A stretch of DNA of 64,000 nt from Azolla caroliniana (taxonomy: Eukaryota > Plantae > Polypodiophyta): contig JBHGNT010000007.1 in the NCBI GenBank assembly GCA_043228905.1, forward strand, positions 17,670,001 to 17,734,000, read 5' to 3'. This document shows positions 1-11,947 of this stretch, in pieces (within the stretch, counting starts at the first letter, position 1; every line of letters starts with the position of its first letter). Below the pieces are notes generated by a model. The model had not been told where the DNA came from. It searched no databases and saw only the letters and a list, made by a program, of their open reading frames with translations. The position numbers were made by a program, and so were the translations under genes.

Positions 1-535
1 ACTTGGTTGGATGCTTGGCTTATAATAGGTCAGTTGGACCTCACGTCTTCATTACATACCCCAATGTTCACAATGACCCTAACCTAATAGTTACAGTGAT
101 TCACCGAGTTTTGATGTCTTGGGGCCAACCTTTCCCCCCTGTTCTATACATTCAATTGGACAATACTCCTAGAGAGAACAAAAATTCAACTGTGTTTGGC
201 TATCTAAGTATGTTGGTCAACCAAGGATTGTTTAGAAAAGTGAAAGTCAATTTTCTTTTCGTTGGTTCACACACATGATCATATAGATAAGATGTTTAGC
301 ACATTCTCCAGACAGTTGTCTCGGCATGATGCTTTCACATTACCTAAACTATTTGATGTCATTTGTGATGCATATACACCACGCCAAAAAGTGTTACACT
401 TGAAGGAGGTATATGACTTTAAGAGATATATATAAGATGGGGGTGTTGGGAATGTTAAAGTGCTTGCCCAGTTAAACAATATAAGCTTCAATCACATTTT
501 TATGATAAAGAAAAATGAAATAAATGGTTCTACGT
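1..535 (+). pseudogene. DUF7869-like (Sola-like DDD) DNA transposase, catalytic region; frameshifted, runs off the left window edge and is interrupted by the LTR element at 536
   Basis: Motif LYIQLDNTPRENKN...LVNQGLFRKVKVNFLFVG, then after a 1-bp frameshift HTHDHIDKMFS. The frame continues ...KKNEINGST up to the insertion and resumes LLYAKQYSS after 5014. Family name assigned from recalled motifs. Confidence 0.7.
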
Positions 536-1043
536 TGTCGCGTTGTTACGCACGTGCGTGTAGAAGGGGCGGGAACACGGGGGTCTCGGACTAGGGAGTA
601 AAGGAGAAAGAATAAGATATGTTTGGAAGCTTAGCTCAAGAGGAGAAGAAGAAAGAATAAGATCACGACATAGAAGGGGAGATCGGCGGAGGCAAGAAAC
701 TCAACAAGTTATATTAAAACGAACCAATGATTACAACAATGGTGGCCGCACAGACCGCACCAAAACTATGAGAAACCCTAACCGGGGATGAACAAGGAAA
801 CCCTAAAATGGTAAGAACTCTACACTAAGTGGTATACCTTTGATACGCAAAATAGGCAACCCCTTCATAAGTGACCCCTCCCTTCCTTTTATAGCCCAAG
901 GAGGGAGGGACCTTACAATGTGGGATAAAATTTCCCCTCTTATTTCTATACACCATTTCCTAGTATACATGTGCACATGGTGCACACCACCGATTTGCCT
1001 ATTCCACCTCGGTTTCCGCCTATGGACGAAAATCTTCACGACA
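536..1043 (-). repeat. 3' LTR (508 bp) of the Gypsy-type element
   Basis: Matches 4258-5014 except that it has one copy of the 126-bp unit. On the minus strand it is preceded by the PPT GGTGGGGGCAGA. Confidence 0.9.
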
Positions 1044-1055
1044 TCTGCCCCCACC
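1044..1055 (-). promoter_or_regulatory. Polypurine tract
   Basis: Minus-strand GGTGGGGGCAGA abuts the TGTCGTGAAG start of the LTR. Confidence 0.75.
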
Positions 1056-1399
1056 AAACTGCACATCCACCGGTATGTGCCAAGAAAGGAGAAGAGGTGA
1101 GATTTTTCGGCCATGGTGATAAACCGAGGTCCGCCGTGTCCTCGTTGGCCTTGCTTGGGTTCGTTTTCCATTTCGAGCACACCTGTCCCTTCCACACGAA
1201 CCGTCGTAGCATCCCGTTCCACCATATCCGTCGCACGTCCTTGAGCCGACGGCTCCAACCGATCCACCACGTCCACCGTGGGTCCCCGAAACATCGACTC
1301 CATCCGAACCGCCATATCCACCGCACGCGCCTTCCTCCCCGGTCGGTCCTCCCGAACGCCATTGCCGATCCGTTCACTCTTTCTTTGTCCACCACATAG

Positions 1400-2460
1400 G
1401 TCCTCCGATTAGGCCCTCGGTCACCCCGTTTGCTCGCCGGATTCCGCCCCTCGCGTACCGCTTGTGTTCTATCTCCGGCTCGATCCTCTCTTCGTCTCGA
1501 ACACCTCGTGCCGATTCCCTCCGTTCCTCGCTCACCTTCCGTAGGCTCTTTCCGTGTGCCCTTGTTGTCTCCCGAACATGCGCTCGTTCTTCGGTCCCTC
1601 GGCGACCTCATTACGCGCTCCTCGCTTCTCCTTTGCTCGCCGTGCTCTCTCGCCGTAGAGCCTACCGTCATTCCGACCACCATGTCAGTGTCCTTCGCGA
1701 CTCCCATTACCGCTTCATCCCGACTCTCGTCCTCCTGGCCCGCTTGGCCTCGCATGCCTTCCGGGACGCCGAGCTTCCTCTTCCCGGCGCGTAGCCCGTT
1801 GCTCTCCACGCACCTCCTCCGGTTCTCAAGACATAGACTTCCATGCTCGCCGATCATCCGCCGATACCGGCACCTCACCGCTCCGTCTCTCGCCGCGTGC
1901 ATTCCTCGCAAAGGCTTGTATGTCCTCCGGGTGCGCTCTCGATCTCTCCGATTGCACTCCGGATTCTGCCCTCTTTGTGCCGTGTATGTTCCTCCTTTGG
2001 TTTTATTGTCTCCGCATGCCGAACACCTCGGCGTGTTGACTCTTCCTACTCCGCGTTTGCCTTCCTTAGGCTCTTCTCGTGTGCCGATGTTGTCCCCCGA
2101 ATATGTGCTCATTCTATGGCCCTTAGGCGACCCCATTCCGCGTTCCTTGCCTCTCCTTTGCCCGTCGTGCTCTCTCGCCGTAGAGCGTACCGTCATCCCG
2201 ACCTCCGTGTCGGTGTCCCTCAAGGCTCTCGTTACCGCCTTGCCTCGACTTGTGCCCTCTTGGCCCGCTTGGCCTTGCATGCCCTATGGGAAGCCGCCAC
2301 ATTTTCTCTTCCCAGTGTGTACCCCGTTGTTCTCCACGCACCATCCTTCGCTCTCGCCACCCATCTGCCGATCCCAGCACCTTACGACTTCGTCTCTCGC
2401 CGCGTGCTTGCCTCTCAAAGGTTCGACCAGTCTGTCTGGGCCGTGCTCGTCCGTCTTCAC
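1400..2460. repeat. Diverged internal direct duplication (period ~525 bp) inside the Gypsy-type element
   Basis: For example, ctctttccgtgtgcccttgttgtctcccgaacatgcgctc (~1547) matches ctcttctcgtgtgccgatgttgtcccccgaatatgtgctc (~2071). The translated ORFs also show the duplicated blocks. Confidence 0.75.
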
Positions 2461-3686
2461 GCACCGGGTACCCGTTCCGGTCTCCGACTCCTCACCGCCA
2501 CCCGCCATCTCTTCGGTCTTATGTTGATCCGCAACCACCGAAGTCTCAAGAATAGGTGTGGACGGTTCCTCTTGCTCTCGGTCTTCCGCCAAGCCGTAAT
2601 CATCGTGCCCGGTTAGCTTCCTTCTCGCGCTCACCGGATCCCACCGGGTGTTGTGGCCCGTTCGCCTCGACCTCCAATCATGCCAACTTAGCCTTCGCCC
2701 GGATCAGTCTCGGCTGATCGAGTTCTGGTTTGGTCGGCTCCCTTCCGTAATCGTAACTGGCCGGTACATGTTTTTCCGCACAAATCCGGCCTTGCCGGCT
2801 CTTCTTTGGTTCGGGCCCGGTTGACCGGACCCTGCTCCAATCTTCTTTCGCGTCGTCTTCCGGTCGGGTCGGTTCCCGACTCTCTCCTCTTTGCCGCTCC
2901 CGACCTCTCCATCGGTCCTCTTGTATATGCCCGTTCCGGGCCTCGAATCCTCATCTTCGCACGTGTTCACTCCGGGCCATGGCTCGTCACGGCCACCGTC
3001 CTTCTCTCCGGTCTTACATTGGCATTCGAGCACAGCCGCCATAGTCTCTGGTCTCGGTGTCAAGGGGTCTCTCCTCCGTCCGCTATGACCTTCCTCACCG
3101 TCATTTCGATCGTCCGCTTTGCCGCCGCCACCTTCCGTCTCTCCGGCCTCACGTGGGCTCTCGGGGCCGACCGCCGAAGTCTCTGGAATAGGTGTGGGAA
3201 AAGTCTTGGTACCATCACTCGCCGATGTCATGTTTGTAGCCACCTTCGTTCGGACGCCATGGTCCGTGGCTATCTCGTCCCCGGTTACGTAAGCCTCGGT
3301 TATGCTTGCTACCTCCTCGTCCTCGTCCTCGTCTTGGTTGCCCGCCTTGCCGTCGCCACCGCCCGTCGCTCTAGGTCTCATGCCAGCATTCGTGCCGACC
3401 GCCGGAGCCTCTAGGACCGGTGTGGGTAGGGACCCGGCACCGCCGCTCGTTGTGTCCGTAGCCGCTTCCGTCCGGACGTCGTTGTCCGCGGCTACCCCGC
3501 CTCTGATCGTGCAAGCCTCAATTACGCTTGCCGCTGTCTCTTCCATGTCGTCGTCGTACGCTCTTCCGGCCTCCATATAGGCCCCCGTCTTCTACACTTA
3601 GGGAGGCTTCTTCCTCCGCATCCTCCGATCGCCTCCGTCCCTTCTTCAGCTCCGACTCCATAATAAGCCCTTCTTCGGCTCCGACT

Positions 3687-4220
3687 CTATAATAAGCCCT
3701 TCTTCGGCTTCACAAGCTCGCATGCCTCCCGTATTAGCGCTTCTAGGTCGAGCTCCTCCGAACCGTTTGGCGTTGAGCTCTCTTCCGGCGGTAGTGCGTA
3801 CTCACTCGCCGCTCTCTCTTCTCCGCCGCTCGCGGGCCGTGTTGTGGCCGACCGTCTCGCATCATGTTGCCGGCACACCCACTCCGGTTTCGCGTATCCG
3901 TATGTGTCCAATAGAGCTCCCTCAAAGGACTCCCATGACTCGTGAGCTTCTTGTAGCTCCTTGACCTCCTTGTGCACTGATACAGCCGCCACTCGAGGAA
4001 AATACTCTAGTCGCATCGCCTCGTCCACGCCCCCTTTTGCCATCTCGGCCTTGTAGGCTCCCAAAAATTTTGGGACCTCGTTCCCATTGAACCGGCCGAC
4101 TCGATCGACCACCCTTTCGACGGCTTGTTGAGCCGCATCTCGCTTCGCCATCTTCCGTCCGGCTTCCATCACGATCTTTTCCATCATCTCCTCGAAGTCG
4201 AAGTCTTCTTCCATCTCCAT
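3687..4220 (-). CDS. Retrotransposon gag/capsid-like protein (177 aa, probably truncated)
   Basis: ATG lies 16 bp after the PBS. Motif pattern RFNGNEVPKFLGAYKAEM...SWESFEGALLDTYG is typical of Gypsy gag. The stop falls in a 30-bp tandem duplication (~3650-3710). Confidence 0.65.
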   Translation of the reverse strand: MEMEEDFDFEEMMEKIVMEAGRKMAKRDAAQQAVERVVDRVGRFNGNEVPKFLGAYKAEMAKGGVDEAMRLEYFPRVAAVSVHKEVKELQEAHESWESFEGALLDTYGYAKPEWVCRQHDARRSATTRPASGGEERAASEYALPPEESSTPNGSEELDLEALIREACELVKPKKGLL

Positions 4221-4235
4221 GCTCCCTTGCCGCCC

Positions 4236-4253
4236 TTCACGTCGGGTTCACCA
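4236..4253 (-). promoter_or_regulatory. Primer-binding site complementary to the 3' end of tRNA-Trp
   Basis: Plus strand TTCACGTCGGGTTCACCA equals the last 18 nt of plant cytosolic tRNA-Trp including CCA (sequence recalled). It lies 4 bp from the 5' LTR. Confidence 0.85.
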
Positions 4254-4257
4254 AAGA

Positions 4258-5014
4258 TGTCGCGTTACGCGCGTGCGTGTAGAAGGGGCGGGACCACGGG
4301 GGTCTCGGACTAGGGAGTAAAGGAGAAAGAATAAGATATGTTTGGAAGCTTAGCTCAAGAGGAGAAGAAGAAAGAATAAGATCACGACATAGAAGGGGAG
4401 ATCGGCGGAGGCAAGAAACTCAACAAGTTATATTAAAACGAACCAATGATTACAACAATGGTGGCCGCACGGACCGCACCAAAACTATGAGAAACCCTAA
4501 CCGGAGATCACCACATAGAAGGGGAGATCGGCGGAGGCAAGAAACTCAACAAGTTATATTAAAACGAACCAATGATTACAACAATGGTGGCCGCACGGAC
4601 CGCACCAAAACTATGAGAAACCCTAACCGGAGATCACCACATAGAAGGGGAGATCGGCGGAGGCAAGAAACTCAACAAGTTATATTAAAACGAACCAATG
4701 ATTACAACAATGGTGGCCGCACAAACCGCACCAAAACTATGAGAAACCCTAACCCGGGATGAACAAGGAAACCCTAAAACGGTAAGAACTCTACACTAAG
4801 TGGTATACCTTTCATATGCAAAATAGGCAACCCCTTCATAAGTGACCCCTCCCTTCGTTTTATAGCCCAAGGAGGGAGGGACCTTACAATGTGAGATAAA
4901 ATTTCCCCTCTTATTTCTATACACCATTTCCTAGTATACATGTGCACATGGTGCACACCACCGATTTGTCTATTCCACCCCGGTTTCCGCCTATGGACGA
5001 AAATCTTCACGACA
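4258..5014 (-). repeat. 5' LTR (757 bp) carrying three tandem 126-bp units
   Basis: Units start at 4379, 4505 and 4631 (agatcac..catagaaggggagatcggcgg...aaccctaaccgg). Confidence 0.9.
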
Positions 5015-5018
5015 ACGC

Positions 5019-5988
5019 TTTTGTATGCTAAACAATATTCATCTTCTACAACATGGGAAGATTACTTTGTATGCCGAGTACAATTGTCCATGGAGCTAAG
5101 CAAATGCCAATTGAGAAGAAAGGACAGTTGTATAGTGACTTGGTATCGGAACAAAAACGGTTATGGCTCCAAGCCTTAGAAGAAAAAAGAAAGCATATTG
5201 AGGCCGCCAAGAAATATGCCGCACAACAAGACACGTCATGGTGGGATGTATTTTATAGCAATCAGAAAGGAATTATAGACAATTGTGTATTTGGTGATAA
5301 TTGGAATTTGGAAACGCCATTCACATGGTCGCTGCAACATGATCGTGTAAATAAAACTCCGGAGCAACCAACAAATGCGATTAATGACAGTTTGGTCCAT
5401 CCACAACAAAGAGACATTTATGTGGGACCAAGGATGACCAAAGCAGCCGAAGCTAGATGGCAAGGCAATTTGCAAGAGCTCACGGCGGGGATGTTGATTG
5501 CAACGCTGGCTGATGAGAACTCACATGGCCACCAATTTTGGGTTGGTAAAATTCTAGAAGTGCTAATGCATGAAATAGAAAACACGATCAAGTCTATAAA
5601 TGTTCATTGGTACAACACTAGAAGTGCAAATGCTTTTATGGGTAAGTATACATTGGAGATGATTGAATGCCCAACAACAAGGGGAGGTAGGAAGAGGAAG
5701 CGAAACATTCGTAACACCTCGACCCTTGATATCTCTGTTGTGGATATTATCGTGTACGACTTCACGCCTACAAAAGCCGGACGATTAAGGAAGTCAACAA
5801 TAGATATAATAAAAGAAAAATTACCAGGTCTACAAGGTGGCTCGAGTCAAAGGCAAACGAGATCTGCTACATATAATCTAGAGTCAAACCATTTGGTTTA
5901 TGACGAAGATAATGCACTAATTGGTACATCCGAGGATGACGAGGAGGAATCGTCATTGTATATTAGTTATAGTAGTGATTCTCTATAA
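5019..5988 (+). pseudogene. C-terminal part of the interrupted DNA transposase
   Basis: Continues the frame broken at 535. After a frameshift, the 311-aa ORF 5053-5988 contains FWVGKILEV...INVHWY, a basic NLS-like patch GGRKRKR and an acidic tail. Confidence 0.6.
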
Positions 5989-6479
5989 AGGAGTGATCAT
6001 GAATGTATTTTTGGCTAGTAAGTGTAACTACATTCCGCTTGTAACAAATCGAGTAATATAAAAGCATGTGTTTTGAACTTTTATGATTTCTAAAAAATCG
6101 TTTCTTATAAAATAACATTGGTTGTAAAGTTTGTGATATAAATTGAGAATGTAACATTTTGAAATTCCTCTTTTTTTATTTACTTCAAAATCACGAAAAT
6201 AGTGGATTTTTAACCTTTTTCATAGTATATTTCAACATGTATGATACTGGTATCAATGTGTTTTGTAAAATCATTGAAAAAGCCCTAAAATCAACCAAAA
6301 TTTTCCTTATCCTTCCATTTATGCGCGATCTTTCCACTTGTGAACGTGAACGTGTTTATTTAAAAATATGGTGGGTAGGGTCCCACTCTTCGAACTGGGG
6401 GACAAGGGGTAGGTCCCCCTTTTTTCCCTTTTTTCTTATTTATTTATTTATTATTATTTGTTTTTCTTTGTGGGAGTAA

Positions 6480-7137
6480 TAATCAAAATCAGTGTTTGAA
6501 AGGAAACGTGGCACCCGTTCTTAGACAATGTAGTTATTGTGGTGACTTGTAGGAAACTACCAAGCATGCTCTCTTGTCCTGTTCAATAGCCCAACAGGTA
6601 TGGAATAAAGTTCTTTCTTTATTCCTAACAATTAATGTAGGTTGCCTATTCTCCTGGGGATCATCGGTATGGGGGGTTCTCCATTCCAGTCTCTTATTGT
6701 ATGAGGCAGATGATGCCCTAGAGGCTAAGACCTCGAAAGCAAATGTGTGCAGCCCATGTATGGAAAACAATATCCACGGTTACATTATGAACCTTATGGA
6801 AGCATCAGTGTAAAAGACGATATGATTCTATAATTCCCCTTCTCTCTAATATATTGTTAGAATTATGGGACAACTTATTGGCGGTAGTGCATGGGCAATA
6901 TGACAATATGTCGGGCCCTTTGGAGGTTGTTCTTAAGAAAAGGAAAAAATTACTGCAGTTATGGAGAAAGTTGCCTCTATTCACAGTCTCCTCTCAAGGA
7001 CCTATCTGGAAATATCATCATCCCTGGCCCTTCCCCTGATTATCCTTTTTGTATATAACACTCTCTAATTGTACAGTTTGTAGCCTTACGACATTTTTTC
7101 TTAATACTAATGAAGGAAATCTTTTTGGAAAAATAAA
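6480..7137 (+). mobile_element. 5'-truncated LINE (L1-type) 3' fragment
   Basis: zf-RVT-like CSYC...ETTKHALLSCSIAQQVW, C-terminal WKYHHPWPFP, family tail ACTAATGAAG...TTTTTGGAAAAA. No clear TSD; left boundary approximate. Confidence 0.7.
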
Positions 7138-7149
7138 TTTTTTTTTGGG

Positions 7150-7450
7150 GGGGGGGGTAGGTCCCACTTGTCGAAATGGGTACCTTTGAAATTAGGTGTG
7201 GGGTCCACTAGTCCCACTCTTCGAACTGGGGTCCACTTGTCGAACTCTAATGGGAGCCCACGGACCTGCTCGTCGAACTTTAGTGGGGCCCACTCGTTGA
7301 ACTGGGTCCCACTCATCGAAGCTTTGTTCGAGCATCCCACTTGCTCCGTTGCTCTGTTTCAGCTCCTACTCCGTTGCCCACTTCTGCTCCGCTCAGCGCC
7401 TGCTCTCAAGTCACGCAGCGCGCTTCAACTCCTGCTCCGCTGCTCTGCTT
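7150..7450. repeat. Short degenerate repeats (GGGTCCCACT..TCGAA, then GCTCCG units), probably transposon subterminal repeats
   Basis: About six gtcccact/cgaact units; the same motif occurs at 6376-6420 on the other side of the LINE fragment. Confidence 0.5.
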
Positions 7451-7461
7451 CAGCCAATACA

Positions 7462-7792
7462 ATGTTTTCTATGTGTATTGTATGCTAAGTATTTTACGAT
7501 TAGGGATTTTACCTACACAACCTTCACTTCCCTATAAAGGTGTTTGGTTGGCAAAACTAGAATGTGCATGTAGGATACCCCACTTCACGACAATACATTC
7601 TACATGTTTTATCTTTATAATCAATTTTCTAGGAGTATACTTAAAAAAAAATTAGAAATCTTTTAAAATACTTAGAGTATGTTTTTTATATGTATTGTAT
7701 GCTAAGTATTTTACTACTAGGAATTTTACCTACACAAGCTTCACTTCCCTATAGAGGTGTTCGGTTGGCAAAACTAGAATGTGTTTGTAGGA
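7462..7792. repeat. Direct duplication of ~115 bp (period ~217 bp)
   Basis: tgtattgtatgctaagtattttac...ggttggcaaaactagaatgtg occurs at ~7473 and ~7691. Confidence 0.8.
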
Positions 7793-10679
7793 CAGATGCA
7801 TGAGTTGAGGGGATAACCTACCTTTCCAAGATGACGAATGACACTTGATTATAAATGAGAGCAAGGTGATGAGGTCTTATCTCATTACATGGATGTAAAT
7901 GATGACTTCTACCCATGTATGTATTAGGAAGTGAACATATGGAAGTGAATCCAAAGTGATGAGGATAACCACAATGCCCAAAAATGAAATGCTTCAACAA
8001 ACCTATATCATCCAAGTTCATTAACCACAATGCCCACAACTTCATTAAATGGTTTAAAAAAGAAGCCATATGCCTTGTTCGCCTATTTCCAAATTGTCTT
8101 GAGAAGAAGATAGGCAGAATCTATTATAAGTCACAACATTAGAAGTAGGGGCATGAGTAGTCATTTGAGCTCCATGTATCACACACTATTTAGAATGGTC
8201 TAAGTAGGCAGCCCAAAAAAAGATGAAAATAAACGGAAAGTAAATGAAGATCAAACCAAGTAGAGCCTTACATCATGCAACCTCCATAATTAATCAGATT
8301 TAGATGTTAATAAGGAAGAGGCAACACTAAATGGCAAACAAGAGGAACAATTATCATAAGATCTAGCGACCTATCCAAACCCTAGGGAGGGAATAAGGCA
8401 AGTGGAAGAGTATGTTGATATTTTTTAGAAGGAATAATGGTCAATGTCCATCTACCTATTATGAGAAGTGTGTCTAATGATTGCACATATAGATATTGAG
8501 AATTAATGCATTGGTTTCATTCTAACCAAACATGTTGAGGTCGCTGTCAAAGAAATGCTAAGGTTACTCTTGAATCTTTGGTATGATATACATAGCCAAA
8601 GGGTCAATTCAAAGTTACATGTGTGGAATGTAGAGCTTATAATGATGGCACTACAAAGCGACAATGTTATAAATAAAACCCCTAAAGCAATCAAAGGAAA
8701 ATAAGGATAAGGAATTGAGTAGAAACAAAAAAGATTAAGAGTTACCAAAATTCTATCAAAAATTGGCTTTTAACTAGAATAGTTTGATAACATTGACATC
8801 TTCCCTATATAGTACTCCTACTCTTATACATGCCCATTGGTTATCTTGTCATTTGGCTATGGTTCATGATTTCCACTTTGGTTATTGCGCATAGCTATCA
8901 CATAATTATAATGCAAAGTGTCACAAAAATGTGAATGTGTAAAAAAGTACAAGATATTGAATGTTACAATGTTTATCATAGGTTTTGTGTTGGTTCACGT
9001 CCTCCAAACCTTATGACATTTGGTATTCTCATGGGCATGACACATTTTGATCAACATTCATGATTTTCAGAAACTTTGAAATCGATATGTATGTTTGCTC
9101 AAATTCCCACTTATTGCAATTGATAGCCTTGCTTCTTTAGCTTCATCATCGAAAATCGTAAGGATAAAGTCTCACCAATCACAACAATAGCTACATCGAG
9201 GAACCAAAATGTGGTGCAAATTGTGACCATGGATTTTCATTTGTGGTTAGCTATGATAAGAAATGCCACGAGGTCAAACTACAATGAGTAGCCAAAAGGT
9301 CAAACAACTAGCTTGGAAAGGTCAAATGATGTGTGACATTAAGCATTTACGTACTCCTCAACATCTTCCTTATAAAGAAAATATAGTCTTTTGAGGAATG
9401 GGGAAAAGAGGTATTCCTCAAATTGTCAATGTTCACCACAAAAGACCCTTCACAACTTGCAACAAATTAGTGGATGACTGAGGTGATGTCAAATATATCT
9501 TATTAGTCTTTAGGAAGCTTCTTCACATGGCCACATAAAGGACCACTCAAGTCATAAATAAATGGGTCAAGAGTTTGTGGACCATAATTTGTTTTCATGG
9601 ATGGGTAGAAATAAAAGTGCACGAGATTCACTACATTTGGAACTCACGAGTTATAGCTATATATTTTGTATTGAATGTTCGTTTCTCATTGTTTTTTTCT
9701 AGATTCCCCTGCACAGTGTTATGGCCAGTTTGTTTAATATGTGTATTCATGGAATGTTTATTCTTCTTTGAAGGCAATGGTAACCTTTACAATTTTAAAA
9801 GCTCAACATCTAATCAATATTACCCCTTCCCATAATGGTCAATCAACTTCTATGCTAAAAATTCATATGAATAAACTCATGTATGACGCAAAGATAACAT
9901 TTGTGTGTAAGTCAGGAATAAAAGAAACATTCATAAGTGCGATCACTAGGAGTTTGACAACAAATTGTCACTTTTTTAAGAGGAAAACAACAAAAATGAG
10001 TCCATGAGTATTACAAAGGTGGGACATATTTTGATGTGGATATAATGAAGTTTTTAAAATAGTAGCGTGTCGACTTTAATGAAAGATTAAAATAAGATTG
10101 ACCCTTAGATCGAGGTCATGTGTCCTTATACATGATATGGTTGACTTGGTTCAAATTTCTATTGTTACAACTCTTGATTGAAGCCACATAATACATTGGA
10201 AACATTGCAAGATTTGTCGTAGGTCGATAAATAAAAGTTTTCCAATTGATAGGTGTTACAAAGTCATGGATATAAATGACGACAATGACATTTGAAAGTA
10301 CTAGTACCGCAGAGTAAGTTGCAAGGAAAGAGTTCATCTAAAAGAAATTGAGGGATGAATTCTAAAGAACAAAACTATATTTATTATTTCATTCCAAGGA
10401 AATCTTTGCTAATAAAAAGATGATCAATGACCTCTCCAAAGAGTCAATGTGAATTAAAATTTAATAAAGGGTACTTTGTAGCTAAAACTAAGAGTGTTTG
10501 CTTGAGAGGAATTGAAAGCGATGTCAAGATAGCTTCAAAGGTGTAACGAGGATTTTTTTGCCCAAAGCCAGAGGATCCGAGGTTGTGAGGATTGCATCTG
10601 AGGTTGCAATGTGATAATGTCAAAACTCTGGGACTGATTACTCTCATGGGACCATATGCGTGGTTGATGCAAATTTGAA

Positions 10680-10952
10680 ATATTGAAAATTTAAAAATTA
10701 AAAAATTAAAATGTAAAACTAACTTGAAAACCAAAACCGAACCGTGAAACCGCAGTCTTAACGGTTTAAAGGTTTGAAAGTCTCTAAAACTGTTTGGTTT
10801 GAGCTTGAATTTTTTGTAACGGTTAAGTTTAAACGGTTTAATGGTTCGGTTCGGTTCAATTCGGTTTAAGTTTCAATATTTTTAAATGGTTCGGTTTTGA
10901 GTTTGACACACTCGAATCGAACCGAACCGAACCGAACCGTTGCCGATTGCTA
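10680..10952. mobile_element. Partial hAT-type MITE (one end), same family as 40102-40517
   Basis: AACCG/CGGTT subterminal repeats. The terminus CCGTTGCCGATTGCTA is the reverse complement of TAGCAATCGGCAACGG. Confidence 0.7.
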
Positions 10953-11420
10953 AATGGGAAATCTAAAACTTTGGGACTTCATAGTGTCATGGGACCATGG
11001 TGGTGGTTGATGGAAAGTTACAAAACTCTTGGGGTGGGGGGGGGGACCCATGATTGTCACAAGATCATGGGTATGGAACACATGTACGTATAGAAAAGGG
11101 TTGAATCACAATCAATGGGTGGTTCGAGACCCAACGCGACGACAGAGCTCGAGACGAAGTCAAGGTCAAGGTCGAGTTAGGTGGTTATGTCACAAAAGGT
11201 TAAAATTCCTTGACAAATTCAAATGGGTACAATATCTTGACTATGGAAACCCGCAATAATTTAGAAAGATCTGGATTGAAAGGAGGTTAAGTTTAATAAG
11301 GGGGGGACATGAGTGACAAAATGGGCACAAGCATTGGATATGGTGGGGCTTCCCATCTCTATAATAAGACTTCTTCTTTTTTCAGTCAGGAAGAAAGGGG
11401 ATGGGGGGGGATGGTGTCCT

Positions 11421-11428
11421 TATAAAAA
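11421..11428 (+). promoter_or_regulatory. Candidate TATA box of the Cys-rich gene
   Basis: TATAAAAA 158 bp upstream of the ATG at 11579. Confidence 0.4.
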
Positions 11429-11578
11429 GAGTTGTGGAGTTGGGCACATTTTGGGGGGGGTGTGTGTCAAGCCAAGGAGAGACAAAAGTAGTGATTTTTT
11501 GGTGTTGAATCTTTGATCTAAAGTTTTAAAGAGGTAACATAATTTTTTTGAAACTATAGTGATTTGAGTGAGAGAGCT

Positions 11579-11914
11579 ATGGGTGCTTCATGGGAGCCAA
11601 CACCTATCTCCTCCCCTTGCACCACAAGCTCATGCACTGGTTATTATTATGCTCCTCCTCCTCCTCAGCAACCCTATACCCCTTCCTCATCATCAGTATC
11701 AGTTCCTTCTCACACGATCCTCGTTGCCGTCATCGCCATTGTTGTCTCACTAGTTGCTCTACTCTTCTGCATGATCGTAGCGAAATCGTGCGCGAAAGGA
11801 TGCAAAGAAGCCGCGGAAGACGTCGTGGACAAGCCCGATCCGCCTAAACCTGATGCTCCGAAAGGTCAATCTTTGTTACCGATTGCCGCCATATACGTAC
11901 ATATACATACATAC

Positions 11915-11947
<33 letters not shown>

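Larger units (their letters stand above)
536..5014 (-). mobile_element. Non-autonomous Ty3/Gypsy-type LTR retrotransposon (gag-like ORF only, no recognisable pol)
   Basis: Two near-identical LTRs (536-1043, 4258-5014) with TGTCG...CGACA termini. PBS at 4236-4253, PPT at 1044-1055, 4-bp TSD ACGT (532-535)/ACGC (5015-5018), gag-like ORF 3687-4220. Confidence 0.9.

Noticed and set aside
1430-3414. Long plus-strand ORFs (365, 257, 202 aa) as host genes
   Set aside because: They are antisense to a GC-rich retroelement interior where stops are rare, and show no recognisable domains.
4487-4762. ORF with a repeated 42-aa peptide
   Set aside because: By-product of the 126-bp LTR triplication.
7800-10450. 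Possible gag or transposase relics
   Set aside because: Only fragmentary motif-like hints; I could not support a family or boundaries.
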